DNA from: Verrucomicrobiia bacterium
GTDB lineage: Bacteria > Verrucomicrobiota > Verrucomicrobiia > Limisphaerales > JADLHS01
DNA length: 64,000 nt
Direction: 5' to 3'
Assembly (NCBI GenBank): GCA_026125285.1
Contig: JAHCLO010000023.1
Location: 41,855 to 105,854 of the forward strand
The notes below the pieces were generated by a model. The model was not told where the DNA came from and did no database searches. It saw nothing but the letters and a program-made list of their open reading frames with translations. The first letter of the stretch is position 1. Every line of letters begins with the position of its first letter. Made by a program: the position numbers and the translations under genes. This document shows positions 1 through 8,948 of this stretch, in pieces.

Positions 1-2003
1 AGCGTCTGATTCTGCGGCGCGAACAGCAACGATTCCGTGCCCTGTCCGCCCGCACAGTCCGGCTCGGTGCAATCGCGGGTGTAGGCCACGGCCACTTGGG
101 CAACGCCCGCCATCACGCTGGCACCCGTGGTCAGCAAATCGTTGGCGATATTGACGGTGGTGCTGTTGGTGCTCACGACCACGGCTTGATGCGGGAAATG
201 CGCGAGGAACGCGTTCGTTCCCACCGTCAAGTCCATTGTCATCCGCGCGCTCTGCCATTGCGGGTCCGCGGCCACGATGACTTGCGGACTGACGACCTGC
301 AGCACCGACTGCATCTGCGCTTCGTTGGAGGGTTTGAATTTGTACGAGAGCGAAACCGGCGCGGCTTTTAGCGCCGCGAGTTCATCTGCGCGCGTGTATT
401 TGATCTCGCCCGTCGGATCGAGGACGAAGCGGCCATTGGGAATGTCCCAGGCCTGCGAATTGAATTTGAACAAAAAGGGCTTGGTCTCTTCACAACCCCA
501 CGCGGGCGTGGAGTTGACCGGATTCACCGTCGGAAGCAGTGATCCATTGAGCGCGAGATTGAGGAATCCGGCATAAGGCATGAGCAAGCGATTCGTCGGC
601 TCCGCGTTGGCGCGCGTGCCGAAACCGGCGGGATACCAGGCAATGAAGCTTCCCGTGCCGCCGTTGGTGCCAAGTTGAACGTTGAAACGCTGGAAGCGGA
701 TGCCGTTCAGCGTGTTGGTGTCCGGGGCGGGCCCGGCGATGTTTACCGGCGTGACCCCGACGTAGTGCGACGTTCCATCCGCGCGCAGATGGACGGAAAG
801 CGTCGTGCCGTCACCGTAAGTGTGATTTGTGGCGGCCAGGACATGGCCCTTTTGGTTGTCCACGTTGAGGAACGTCAATATGGCATCGGGCGGAAAGCTC
901 ATTGGGAACGGCGAATTGGCGATGCTCTCAAACCGGGTCTTGAGCGCGCCGAAATGGAGGTCGCCGTTGAAATGAAGCAAACGGTTCAGTCCACTTTGCC
1001 CACTGTTGCCGTTCACCACCGGCTGGCCCAGCACTTCCAAGTGCGCAATGCTGACGATCGTGCGGAACTGGTGGTTGACCGAATCCAGTTGCACGCCGTC
1101 CGCCGGCTGCAAGTCGAGGACGTCCGTGAACGTGGTGGTGCCCGGCGATTTGATCGCGGCCTGCACCCAGTTGGGGACGCTCTTGAGCAACACCGTGGAA
1201 TTGGTCTTGAGCGGCACGAACTGGCCGGTGGTGTCGTTGTACAATTGATGATTGAAGACCACCGCCACCACGCTGTTGGCCGACGGCGCGTTGAAGTCGT
1301 CATAGCGCCGCACCGAATAGGTCACGGAGGATTGAAACGTGTCCTTGCCAGGAACGGTCTTGACCGCGAACGTGCGGGAATTGACCACATTGTTCAGCGT
1401 GGCGAACGCATTCACGGATAGGTCGCCACTGACCTGATTCGTGAAGTGATACACCGTGAAGCCGGTGGTGGTTTGCTCGTCGCCGGTGAAAACGAATTGA
1501 TTCGTGCCCGTCGTGCCTGGCCGTTCGGACAGGCGCAATTCCACGCGGTAACCCAGCAGCGGACTCAGCCTGGTCGCCGGCTTCAACTGGACATTCAGAC
1601 TGGCAACCGTGCTGGTGACGCCCGGGATGAAAATGGAGGGTAGGGTGATCTGGTTGGTCACATAAAGGGCCGTGTTGGTCTGGCCCGGCGCCGTGATCAG
1701 GTCCACGGCGTTGCTCTGACTGTCCAACAGGCGGAACGCGGCTTGATACTGGTACGTGCTGTACAACGAGTTGGTGGTCGTGTAACGGATGGCGGCATTG
1801 ACGCTAAGGGCGTCGCGGTCATAACCAGCGTTGGCGTTGTTCGCGTCCGAATCCACAAGCCAGCCGACGAAATTGGTCAAAGCAAGGTTTTCAATCGTCT
1901 CGTAAGTGTGCGCCCGGGCGGAATGGGTGAGACCCAGGACCACGAAAGCCAGACTCAAAATTCTGATCGCGAGGTTCGCGAGTGTACCGAGAGGTCGTTT
2001 CAT
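1..2003 (-). CDS. large secreted protein of unknown function; 3' end lies beyond the window start (N-terminal ~667 aa visible)
   Basis: Absent from the ORF track because its stop is outside the window. My manual minus-strand translation from ATG 2003 (MKRPLGTLANLAIRILSLAFVVLGLTHSARAHTYETIEN...) stays open to position 1. It has a Sec-type signal peptide. The only long + ORF here (675..1421) has antisense-type R/G/V/H-rich composition. Confidence 0.6.
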   Translation of the reverse strand, partial: MKRPLGTLANLAIRILSLAFVVLGLTHSARAHTYETIENLALTNFVGWLVDSDANNANAGYDRDALSVNAAIRYTTTNSLYSTYQYQAAFRLLDSQSNAVDLITAPGQTNTALYVTNQITLPSIFIPGVTSTVASLNVQLKPATRLSPLLGYRVELRLSERPGTTGTNQFVFTGDEQTTTGFTVYHFTNQVSGDLSVNAFATLNNVVNSRTFAVKTVPGKDTFQSSVTYSVRRYDDFNAPSANSVVAVVFNHQLYNDTTGQFVPLKTNSTVLLKSVPNWVQAAIKSPGTTTFTDVLDLQPADGVQLDSVNHQFRTIVSIAHLEVLGQPVVNGNSGQSGLNRLLHFNGDLHFGALKTRFESIANSPFPMSFPPDAILTFLNVDNQKGHVLAATNHTYGDGTTLSVHLRADGTSHYVGVTPVNIAGPAPDTNTLNGIRFQRFNVQLGTNGGTGSFIAWYPAGFGTRANAEPTNRLLMPYAGFLNLALNGSLLPTVNPVNSTPAWGCEETKPFLFKFNSQAWDIPNGRFVLDPTGEIKYTRADELAALKAAPVSLSYKFKPSNEAQMQSVLQVVSPQVIVAADPQWQSARMTMDLTVGTNAFLAHFPHQAVVVSTNSTTVNIANDLLTTGASVMAGVAQVAVAYTRDCTEPDCAGGQGTESLLFAPQNQT

Positions 2004-2214
2004 TGGGGCGTGGTTTTACTCTGACCTCGCCGCGTTGAGAACTGTGCAAGCCACGCACAGGGGTGTGCATCTGGGGCACACCTGCGTCCGGATGTCCGGT
2101 GGCGGATTCGGCAGGACCCACGCGCCAACATCGGTTTGGAGAGGTGAATGGCGGAGGACTATTGAGCAATTGTTGCTTGCCCCAAAACCAGGTGCATGCC
2201 GGCTCAACGGGAAA

Positions 2215-2505
2215 TCAAGCCGGCGGAAAGAGTCCCATAACCGCGTCGTGACACCGGCAGCAGACCAACCCACGCTCCCGACCATCATGGGTGCCAGCGT
2301 GTTCGTGATTGATAACGCAGGCCGCCAGCGCATGCCGTTTCCGCAGGTCGGCCAGATCGAGTTCGAGATCGAAGTACACCCACAACCGGCAGTTCTGGCT
2401 CCACGCCTGACCCGCAAACGTGATGCGCGCTCCCCGCGCCAGCAAATCACGAAGTGCCGGTTGCAGATGCGCGCAGAGCTTGGGTGTCTCGGCTGGCGGT
2501 TTCAT
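2215..2505 (-). CDS. small hypothetical protein with Cys/His-rich C-terminus
   Basis: 96-aa ORF starting 4 nt after the stop of the upstream membrane-protein gene. Codon usage is coding-like. The C-terminus reads INHEHAGTHDGRERGLVCCRCHD, suggesting metal binding. I recognise no family. Confidence 0.45.
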   Translation of the reverse strand: MKPPAETPKLCAHLQPALRDLLARGARITFAGQAWSQNCRLWVYFDLELDLADLRKRHALAACVINHEHAGTHDGRERGLVCCRCHDAVMGLFPPA

Positions 2506-2508
2506 GCG

Positions 2509-2946
2509 CTACCTCGCAAGCAACCGACCCAGGAGAAATGCGGCAATCCCGATCAGAACGGCCGCCGGAAGCGCTACGTGGAACAATCCCCATGCCGCCC
2601 GTTCTCCGGCGTAATTGGAAATCCCGCGCGCTTCCGCCAGATGGGTGCCAAGGATCAGACCCAACCCGCCCACAATGATCGCGGCGGGCACCGCGATAAG
2701 CAATCCCAGAGCGAGAGACCGCCAGAGAGTGTAACTGCTGAAAAGCAACCAGGTCGTCACGGTGTGACCCACGATAAATCCAGTGAACAATCCAACGGGA
2801 ATTCCCAGCACTCCGGCCAGCAGACCACGACGGCCTTGATTTTCAGCCATGAAAAGACAAAACACACCGTACGTCGCCAACGTTACCACCACGGAAGCGA
2901 TGGGGGCGGAGAGCAGGCCAACGAGAATTGGGTAGAACACTTTCAT
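2509..2946 (-). CDS. integral membrane protein, unknown function
   Basis: Multiple hydrophobic helices (MKVFYPILVGLLSAPIASVVVTLATYGVFCLF..., LGLLIAVPAAIIVGGLGLILG, HVALPAAVLIGIAAFLLG). I start it at ATG 2946. The track ORF extends to 3033 and would overlap the response-regulator gene by 28 nt. Confidence 0.6.
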   Translation of the reverse strand: MKVFYPILVGLLSAPIASVVVTLATYGVFCLFMAENQGRRGLLAGVLGIPVGLFTGFIVGHTVTTWLLFSSYTLWRSLALGLLIAVPAAIIVGGLGLILGTHLAEARGISNYAGERAAWGLFHVALPAAVLIGIAAFLLGRLLAR

Positions 2947-3005
2947 GGCTGCATCCTGCGACTGTTGACTCCCGGAGGGAAGCGGCGACGAGAAAAGCAA
3001 TGTGA

Positions 3006-3668
3006 TCAGTCGCCGCCCACGTCCTGACGCCATTCGGGATAAATGTCCTCGGGCAGTTGCCCGCGGCGAATCAAGTCTTGCAGGTCGCGAATGATGGTCT
3101 TGCGCGAGACATTGAAATCGCGCGAAAGACCGGAGACGTTCGGTCGCTCGGTTGTGCCGCGCAGGCGTTTGATCATTTCGTGCTGGCGCGCGAGGCGTTC
3201 CGTGAAGCGGCGGTCGGGTTCTGACGATTCAATCTTCTCAGCCCGTTCCAGCGATTGGAGGAGGGCCACGGTTTCCCCGAGGCCACATTCGGTGAGGGCG
3301 ATCTCCACGGTTCGGTCGAGTTCGTCCAGGTCCACGGGTTTTTCCAAAATGTAATGCGCCGAGCGTGGACCTTGCAGCGCGGCGAGTTTCTCGCGGATTT
3401 GCAGCGTGCCAGAAATCATGATGACGGGCACGTGCGCGGCAACGGCCTTGAGCTTGGGCAGGAATTCCAAACCCTTCTCGCCTTCGTCCAGGATGTTGTC
3501 GAGGATGATGAGGTCGGGCTTGGTGTCGGCAATGGATTCGAGGGCCGCACGGCCCGTGGAGACGCAGGTGAGGCGATAACCGCGCAACGCCTTGCCGTAG
3601 AGCTTGAGCTGCTTCGGATCGTCTTCGACAATCAATATCGAGGCCATGGTTTCTTCAGTTGCCGTCAT
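3006..3668 (-). CDS. response regulator: REC domain plus C-terminal helix-turn-helix
   Basis: Receiver motifs ILIVEDD, DLIILDNIL and VPVIMISG. C-terminal HTH-like segment NVSGLSRDFNVSRKTIIRDLQDLIRRGQL. Starts 10 nt downstream of the kinase stop. Confidence 0.85.
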   Translation of the reverse strand: MTATEETMASILIVEDDPKQLKLYGKALRGYRLTCVSTGRAALESIADTKPDLIILDNILDEGEKGLEFLPKLKAVAAHVPVIMISGTLQIREKLAALQGPRSAHYILEKPVDLDELDRTVEIALTECGLGETVALLQSLERAEKIESSEPDRRFTERLARQHEMIKRLRGTTERPNVSGLSRDFNVSRKTIIRDLQDLIRRGQLPEDIYPEWRQDVGGD

Positions 3669-3678
3669 CCGGGCGAGT

Positions 3679-6600
3679 TTAGGGTGAATTCCGGGTTTGG
3701 GAACTGTGCGTCTCGCGCACAGGGGACAGTCCGGCAGCCACGGGAATGACGAGTGTGAACGTTGCCCCTTTGCCCGCTTCGCTTTCCACGCTCAAACCCA
3801 AGCCGTCCTGCTGGGCAATCGAGTAAACCAGGGACAAACCCAGCCCGGTGCCCGCCTTCGCACTCGTGCGCTTGGTGGTGAAAAAGGGTTCAAATAAACG
3901 CGCCTGCACTTCCGGCGCGATGCCCGGCCCGGAATCCACCACGGTCATTTCGACAAACTGCGACGCTTCGACGGGGCGCAACGCATAGGGCTTGGCGGCA
4001 GGACGCGTGCGGGTGTGAACCGTTATTCTCAGTCTGCCCCTGCCCTGCATGGCTTCGGAGGCGTTCACCACCAGATTTAAGAGCACCTGCTCCAATCGGC
4101 CCCGACCGACATTCACCGACGGCGCCTCGCGATCCAGTTCCAGGGTCAGGGCGATGCCGCTCAGGAATTCCTTGCTCAACAGCGAAACCGTTTCCTCCAC
4201 CACCGCGCTCACGTCGGTGGGTTCGGCAGCGGCGGATATGGATTCATTTCGAGCATAACCCAGCATCGAGCTGACGACGCTCTTGCCCTGCATGACCGCC
4301 TGTTCGATATCGGCGACGTTTTCCTGGATGTCCGGCTGATGGCGGGTTTCGCGCCCAATGAGTTTGTTCGACATGCGGATGACGGACAGCAGATTGTTGA
4401 AGTCATGGGCAATGCCGGTGGCGAGTGTGCCCAGCGCCTGCATCTTTTGGCTGTGCATCAACTCGACCTTGGCCACTTCGAGCTCGCGATTGCGTTGCGC
4501 GGCGCGGCGTTCCGCCGCAAGAAAACCCACGATGGCCGCGCGATGCCGCCGAAGCGTGAGCAGCGCGAAGGCGGACGCCAACCCGAATCCCGCCAGACTG
4601 ATGAACAACGTGGCTTGCATGGGGGTCACGCCAGCGGGGAGCGATGCAACATCGTCGCGGATGGAGGGAATTCCATTCCAATCGAGTCCGATCAAGGCGA
4701 GCTGCTGTCTCGCCCGATCCATGTGCCACACCTGTAATTTGTCTGTCGCACTCGCGGTCACGATCACCGATGCATCCAGCGCCATGCGGACACTGCTGAC
4801 GCTCTGTGGTTGGGGTGCGATCAAATTGGCATACACCTCGTCGGTGAGGGTGGCACGCAATTGCGCCTGCTGGCGGGTGCGGGTGACCACCATGTCGCTG
4901 CCATCCCCCAGGAACGCCAACGAGCCGTGGGTGATGGCGGGTTCATCGCGGGCAATCTTTTGGAGTTGATTCCAGTCGCCCACCGACCAGATGGCGGACG
5001 CCGCCGTTCCCGCCGTCCCCAGCAGCCGGCCATCTGCGCTGAAGGCAACGACCGAGCTCGGAGCATTAAGCGTGATGATCTTCTCCCCGGTGCGTGCGTC
5101 CCAGACTTTGGGGTGATCTCCTTCCCCCACACCGAAACCGGTGACCACCCATCGGCCATCGGGGCTGATGGCAAATCGCCCCGCACCGGTGGGACTGGCC
5201 GGACTGCGCAAGCTGGCAAAGCGGCACTTTTCCCCAAGGAACACCGGGGCCTCCTCAGTCGTAAGGTTGAGCACCACCAACCGCGCATCCGTCAACTCGA
5301 CCACGGCATGATGTCCGGCAAGGCTGATGGCCAGTGCCCGCGCGCCGCGTTCCTCGGGCAGGGGAATCCGTCGGAGGTCCGCCGGATTAAGAGTAGGTGG
5401 AAGGGAATGTCCATCGAACGGCCAGACCTCCAGCCCGCTACGGCGGCATAGGTAGAGTGAACGTTCATCCGGGGCCATGCGCGCGGAAACCAAATCTTCC
5501 ACCGCCACGAACACTTCCGCCTCCTTGCTCGCCAGGTCCCAGAGCCGGAACCCCTTGCTCTGCGTGGCCAGACACCAGCGGCCACTGGGCGAAAGGTCCA
5601 CGGACAGGAACGCCCCGTCAGCCTTGGGACAAACCAACTGGCGATAAATCTCACTGCGCGACAACCGCCAGACCCCGAAGCCAACAGAAGGCCGCCAGAA
5701 ACCAATCCGCTCGCCGTCATTCGAGAAAATGTGTCCGACCCCCTCGTGCGCTGACACAATGGTCTGGCCAAGGGCCGCGTCCCAGAGCCGGGTCGTGCCA
5801 TCTCGCGAACCGGAGAAGAGAAACGCGCCGTCCGGACTAAAACCCAGCCGAACGCAGGGCTCGCTGTGGCCGCGGAGAATGCGTTGCGCGCTGCGACGGA
5901 CGCTCCAGAGATAGACATCGCCATCCTCTGTCGCCACTGCAAGTTGACTGCCATCCGGTGACCACGCCATGGTGAACACGCGGGTGGTGGTTTCCAGGGT
6001 GGCGAGTTTCCGGCTTTCGGGATAGGCGTACAAATCCACCGACGCATCCGTGGCCACGGCCACTTCCATTGTGCCCGGTCGAAAGCGAAAGGTTCGCGCG
6101 CCAACCCGGATGGCGCGATGCAAGATTTCCCAGGAGTCGAAATCGAACAATGCAATCTGGCCGTTGGCGTCCGCGTCACCAAAGCTTAACCGGTTCGCAT
6201 CCGGCCAAAACGACATTCCGGCGATGACGAGGTTCGTGGCATTGACTCCGCTGGCCAGCAGACGCGCGCCGGTGGCCACGTCCCACACCACCATGGCCCC
6301 ACCCTCAAAACGGGCCGCCAGTTTTCGGCCCTCCGGGTCGAACGCCACACTGCGCACCGGCATTCGTGTGCCGGGACCGAGTTCCTGCGCCGCAAAGGTC
6401 CGGTGCGTGATGCCGTCTGTCAGCCGGCCGATGAAAACGTTGCCCTGGGAATCTCCGTGAGCGAAATAGGTGAGTGTGGCATCCATTTCCACCTGGACGG
6501 TGTCGCGCGGGGCAGGCCGGACATCGCCTACAATATCAATGTCCGAAAGCGCCAGGGCGGCGATGGCTTCCGTGCGCAATCCGGGAGAGGTTTGAATGGC

Positions 6601-6909
6601 CGCCGCGTTGCTGATGACCGTGAGCGCGTGCTGACGACGCCCCGCTTCGGGGGTCAACCGTACGGATCGCGCCTGCGCCGCGTAAGCGTGCCACAAACGT
6701 TCGCGAGCTGCCGTCTCCGCGGTTTCGGCACGATGCAGGTTCCGTGCGGCCCGCAGGCTGGCGAGCACCGCGGCCAATGCGAGCGCCAGCACCATCACCA
6801 GAATAATCGCAATGGCCGTGCTGGTGCGTTGAATGTCGCGGCGACTCGTCGCCCGCACCGTTTCGAGATCGCTGGGGGCTTGGAAATGTGGTTCTGGAGT
6901 GTCGGTCAC
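3679..6909 (-). CDS. sensor histidine kinase with a very large extracytoplasmic WD40/beta-propeller region
   Basis: TM1 is IAIILVMVLALALAAVLA. About 650 aa carry recurring WD40/TolB-like motifs (FDPEGRKLA, WSPDGSQLAVATEDGDVYLWS, FSPDGAFLFSGSRDGTTRLWD, ISPDGRWVVTG). TM2 is LFISLAGFGLASAFALLTL. Then come the H-box GIAHDFNNLLSVI and the ATPase boxes LLNLVVNASEAM, DSGPGI and GTGLGLS. Confidence 0.9.
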   Translation of the reverse strand: MTDTPEPHFQAPSDLETVRATSRRDIQRTSTAIAIILVMVLALALAAVLASLRAARNLHRAETAETAARERLWHAYAAQARSVRLTPEAGRRQHALTVISNAAAIQTSPGLRTEAIAALALSDIDIVGDVRPAPRDTVQVEMDATLTYFAHGDSQGNVFIGRLTDGITHRTFAAQELGPGTRMPVRSVAFDPEGRKLAARFEGGAMVVWDVATGARLLASGVNATNLVIAGMSFWPDANRLSFGDADANGQIALFDFDSWEILHRAIRVGARTFRFRPGTMEVAVATDASVDLYAYPESRKLATLETTTRVFTMAWSPDGSQLAVATEDGDVYLWSVRRSAQRILRGHSEPCVRLGFSPDGAFLFSGSRDGTTRLWDAALGQTIVSAHEGVGHIFSNDGERIGFWRPSVGFGVWRLSRSEIYRQLVCPKADGAFLSVDLSPSGRWCLATQSKGFRLWDLASKEAEVFVAVEDLVSARMAPDERSLYLCRRSGLEVWPFDGHSLPPTLNPADLRRIPLPEERGARALAISLAGHHAVVELTDARLVVLNLTTEEAPVFLGEKCRFASLRSPASPTGAGRFAISPDGRWVVTGFGVGEGDHPKVWDARTGEKIITLNAPSSVVAFSADGRLLGTAGTAASAIWSVGDWNQLQKIARDEPAITHGSLAFLGDGSDMVVTRTRQQAQLRATLTDEVYANLIAPQPQSVSSVRMALDASVIVTASATDKLQVWHMDRARQQLALIGLDWNGIPSIRDDVASLPAGVTPMQATLFISLAGFGLASAFALLTLRRHRAAIVGFLAAERRAAQRNRELEVAKVELMHSQKMQALGTLATGIAHDFNNLLSVIRMSNKLIGRETRHQPDIQENVADIEQAVMQGKSVVSSMLGYARNESISAAAEPTDVSAVVEETVSLLSKEFLSGIALTLELDREAPSVNVGRGRLEQVLLNLVVNASEAMQGRGRLRITVHTRTRPAAKPYALRPVEASQFVEMTVVDSGPGIAPEVQARLFEPFFTTKRTSAKAGTGLGLSLVYSIAQQDGLGLSVESEAGKGATFTLVIPVAAGLSPVRETHSSQTRNSP

Positions 6910-6983
6910 GGCAGTTGGTTCACTGCGCAGACTCTAGGCATTTGCCGGGATCGTCGTCAACTCGGGGTGTTATCGAGAGCAGG

Positions 6984-7535
6984 TTACGTGCGCCCAAGTC
7001 TCGTAAGTCGTTTCTCCGCACCAAGGAAATCCGCCACCGCACAAAGTCTCGTGTAGTACTCCTCTTCCATCATCCCGAGCAGCGTGGCGCCGTAGGCGAG
7101 GCAGTGATCGTCGGTGATGATGTCACCGTAGTTGAGGAGCGGGATCATGTAGGCGACGGCGAGCGGGAGGAGGTCGGGCCGGTCGCGCAGCAGGGGGCGA
7201 AGGTAGAGGACCCGGCCATCCTGCTCGGGGTTGCGCCAGTCCAGGTCCGGTTGCGCGAACTGGTGCATGGCCATCTCACCGAACTCGAAGACGAGTCGCA
7301 CGGGATGGCGGAGACAATCCGGGTCGTGCAACAGGGCATCAAGTTTGTCGGCGGTAAGCGGGCCGTGCTTCTGATGGGCGACAATCGCTTGGGCCACGAG
7401 ATGTTCGCGCAGGCTTTGCTGGCCGAGGTGTTCCAGTTCGGCAGAATTGAGTTTTCGCAACTCAACGGCGTGAGTGCTGGTCGTCATGCGTTTACAACTC
7501 TTCAATCTTTTTGCATCTGGGTCGCTCGTCTTCAC
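6984..7535 (-). CDS. hypothetical protein, first gene of the kinase cluster
   Basis: 183-aa ORF, same strand, ending 74 nt upstream of the kinase start. Composition is non-repetitive and coding-like (..LVFEFGEMAMHQFAQPDLDWRNPEQDGRVLYLRPLLRDRPDLLPLAVAYMIPLLNYGD..). Alternative start ATG 7487. No family recognised. Confidence 0.55.
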   Translation of the reverse strand: MKTSDPDAKRLKSCKRMTTSTHAVELRKLNSAELEHLGQQSLREHLVAQAIVAHQKHGPLTADKLDALLHDPDCLRHPVRLVFEFGEMAMHQFAQPDLDWRNPEQDGRVLYLRPLLRDRPDLLPLAVAYMIPLLNYGDIITDDHCLAYGATLLGMMEEEYYTRLCAVADFLGAEKRLTRLGRT

Positions 7536-7630
7536 CTCACCGCACCGGTTTAGCTTTTACCCACCAAATCCCGGAGCGGCTGGCCTCCCGAACAAAAAGC
7601 ATTGGCAATGACATTAGCTCGGACGGCAAT

Positions 7631-7670
7631 TCTCCCTCTCCCAGCGGGAGAGGGCCGGGGTGAGGGAGAG
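7631..7670. repeat. end-fragment of the CCCTCACCCCGGCCCTCTCCC palindromic repeat family, reverse orientation
   Basis: 7646-7666, GGGAGAGGGCCGGGGTGAGGG, is the exact reverse complement of the left terminal repeat of the 151-bp units at 11465 and 11657. It contains the small hairpin CTCTCCC-AGC-GGGAGAG. Degenerate relatives lie at 7859-7875 and 7965-7990. Confidence 0.75.
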
Positions 7671-7737
7671 TTGGCGGTGAAGCTCATTGCTACCATGGCA
7701 CATTCACCTTAACCCTCCCCATGAACCCTCGACCGGA

Positions 7738-7801
7738 GCGCGGGTCTGTGACCCGCAACGGTCTCGGCCAGTCCAGCGCGCTGCGGGTCACAGACCCGCG
7801 C
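7738..7801. repeat. perfect 20-bp-stem hairpin, REP-like, possible terminator downstream of the nap cluster
   Basis: GCGCGGGTCTGTGACCCGCA (7738-7757) and TGCGGGTCACAGACCCGCGC (7782-7801) are exact reverse complements separated by a 24-nt loop. Confidence 0.8.
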
Positions 7802-8044
7802 TCCGACCGCGCCCTCCGGTTCAGGGGTTCAAGGCGCGAGATTTCATCTGGGAGAAATCTCTCCCTGAGGGAGAGGGAATGGTCATCACCTGATTTGCTT
7901 TTGCCATAGCATTGCTGAACCGACTCCGTCGCAGGTTTTCCACAGCGTCGGCGAACGATTATCCCCCTCCCGCGGGGAGAAGGAGAACGCCGACGGATGA
8001 TCTCCAAGTTTTTCACCGTTTGTGCGTGATGTCTTGTCATGGCA

Positions 8045-8677
8045 TCACAATTCCCCTCTCAGTTCCTCCCACGGCAGCGGGCGGTCGTAGTTTTTCGATG
8101 CGTCGGGGACATGGCACTGCTGGCATTGGCTGCGCCAGGGATGCGGGGTGGCGATGCGCTGCTTGCCGGTCGGGCCGTGGCAGGAGAGGCAGTTATCGCG
8201 CATGAAGGTCTTGTGCGGGATGGTCGGCGGCGCGAGGGGATGGGCGCGCGTGCCTTTGCCCGGGAAATCCAGCCCCAGAAAATCGCTGGCGCGAAACAGG
8301 CCAACGGTCTTGTCCGAACCATTGACGTGGCATTGCTGGCATTGGGAGTACTCGGCGTGCGGTACGGGCGCGATGGCTTGCTGGCGCTTTTCGATGCGCG
8401 TCTCCCGGGCGTGACATTCGAGGCAATAACGCCCGTCGCGATCCCCGGCAAAGGTGTGCGGCATGACGGGCGGCGCGCCCAGGAACGCGCGGTCAGCGGT
8501 GATGTTTGTGCCGAGGACGTCCGGGCGGATGGGTTGGGCGAAGGAACGGGGCTGAGGGTAAACTTGGCCCGTGTTCCTGGTGATGATGGGGGAATCAGCG
8601 GCGAGCAAGAACGACGCGATGCCCGCAGCCCCGAGCAATCCAAGAATCCAGAATCGGTGGATCGCTTTCCCCCTCAC
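8045..8677 (-). CDS. napB: tetraheme cytochrome c made of two tandem NapB-like diheme units
   Basis: Four CxxCH motifs (CLECH, CQQCH, CLSCH, CQQCH) form two NapB-style units: APPVMPH..CLECH..PH..CQQCHV and APPTIPH..CLSCH..PH..CQQCHVPD. N-terminal anchor RGKAIHRFWILGLLGAAGIASFLLAA from GTG 8677. The track ORF reaches 8962, but that extension crosses palindromic repeats. Confidence 0.75.
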   Translation of the reverse strand: MRGKAIHRFWILGLLGAAGIASFLLAADSPIITRNTGQVYPQPRSFAQPIRPDVLGTNITADRAFLGAPPVMPHTFAGDRDGRYCLECHARETRIEKRQQAIAPVPHAEYSQCQQCHVNGSDKTVGLFRASDFLGLDFPGKGTRAHPLAPPTIPHKTFMRDNCLSCHGPTGKQRIATPHPWRSQCQQCHVPDASKNYDRPLPWEELRGEL

Positions 8678-8741
8678 CCAGACCCTCTCTCCCGGGGAAA
8701 CAATTCCCCGAACCAGAGTTCGCGCTTTGACCCCCTGGACT

Positions 8742-8813
8742 GTAGCAGCCGACGTGAGTCGGCTCTGACTTCTCCCCGTTCGCGGATGGAGCGGACTCAC
8801 GTCCGCTGCCACA
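8742..8813. repeat. imperfect inverted repeat pair in the napA-napB spacer
   Basis: GTAGCAGCCGACGTGAGTCGGCTCTGAC (8742-8769) and GAGCGGACTCACGTCCGCTGCCAC (8790-8813). Each arm holds its own small hairpin (CCGAC-GTGA-GTCGG; GCGGAC-TCAC-GTCCGC). The arms are near reverse complements of each other. Confidence 0.7.
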
Positions 8814-8948
8814 AGGTTCGCGGGGAGGGGACAGCAAGTGGATGTGCTCGAAACACCCGGCGATGGCGCAGCATACTCCGTCGCCGGTCTCCGGTCTGAA
8901 AACCGCTGCTTCCACGCGGCCATTTGCGAATTGGAGATGAATTTCATT

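Noticed and set aside
675-1421. 248-aa + ORF near the window start
   Set aside because: It has antisense-type composition and lies inside the open minus-strand frame that starts at 2003 with a good signal peptide.
1906-3027. 373-aa + ORF spanning the promoter region, small ORF and membrane-protein gene
   Set aside because: It is Arg/Gly/Pro/His-rich with no motif. It overlaps three better-supported minus-strand genes arranged as an operon.
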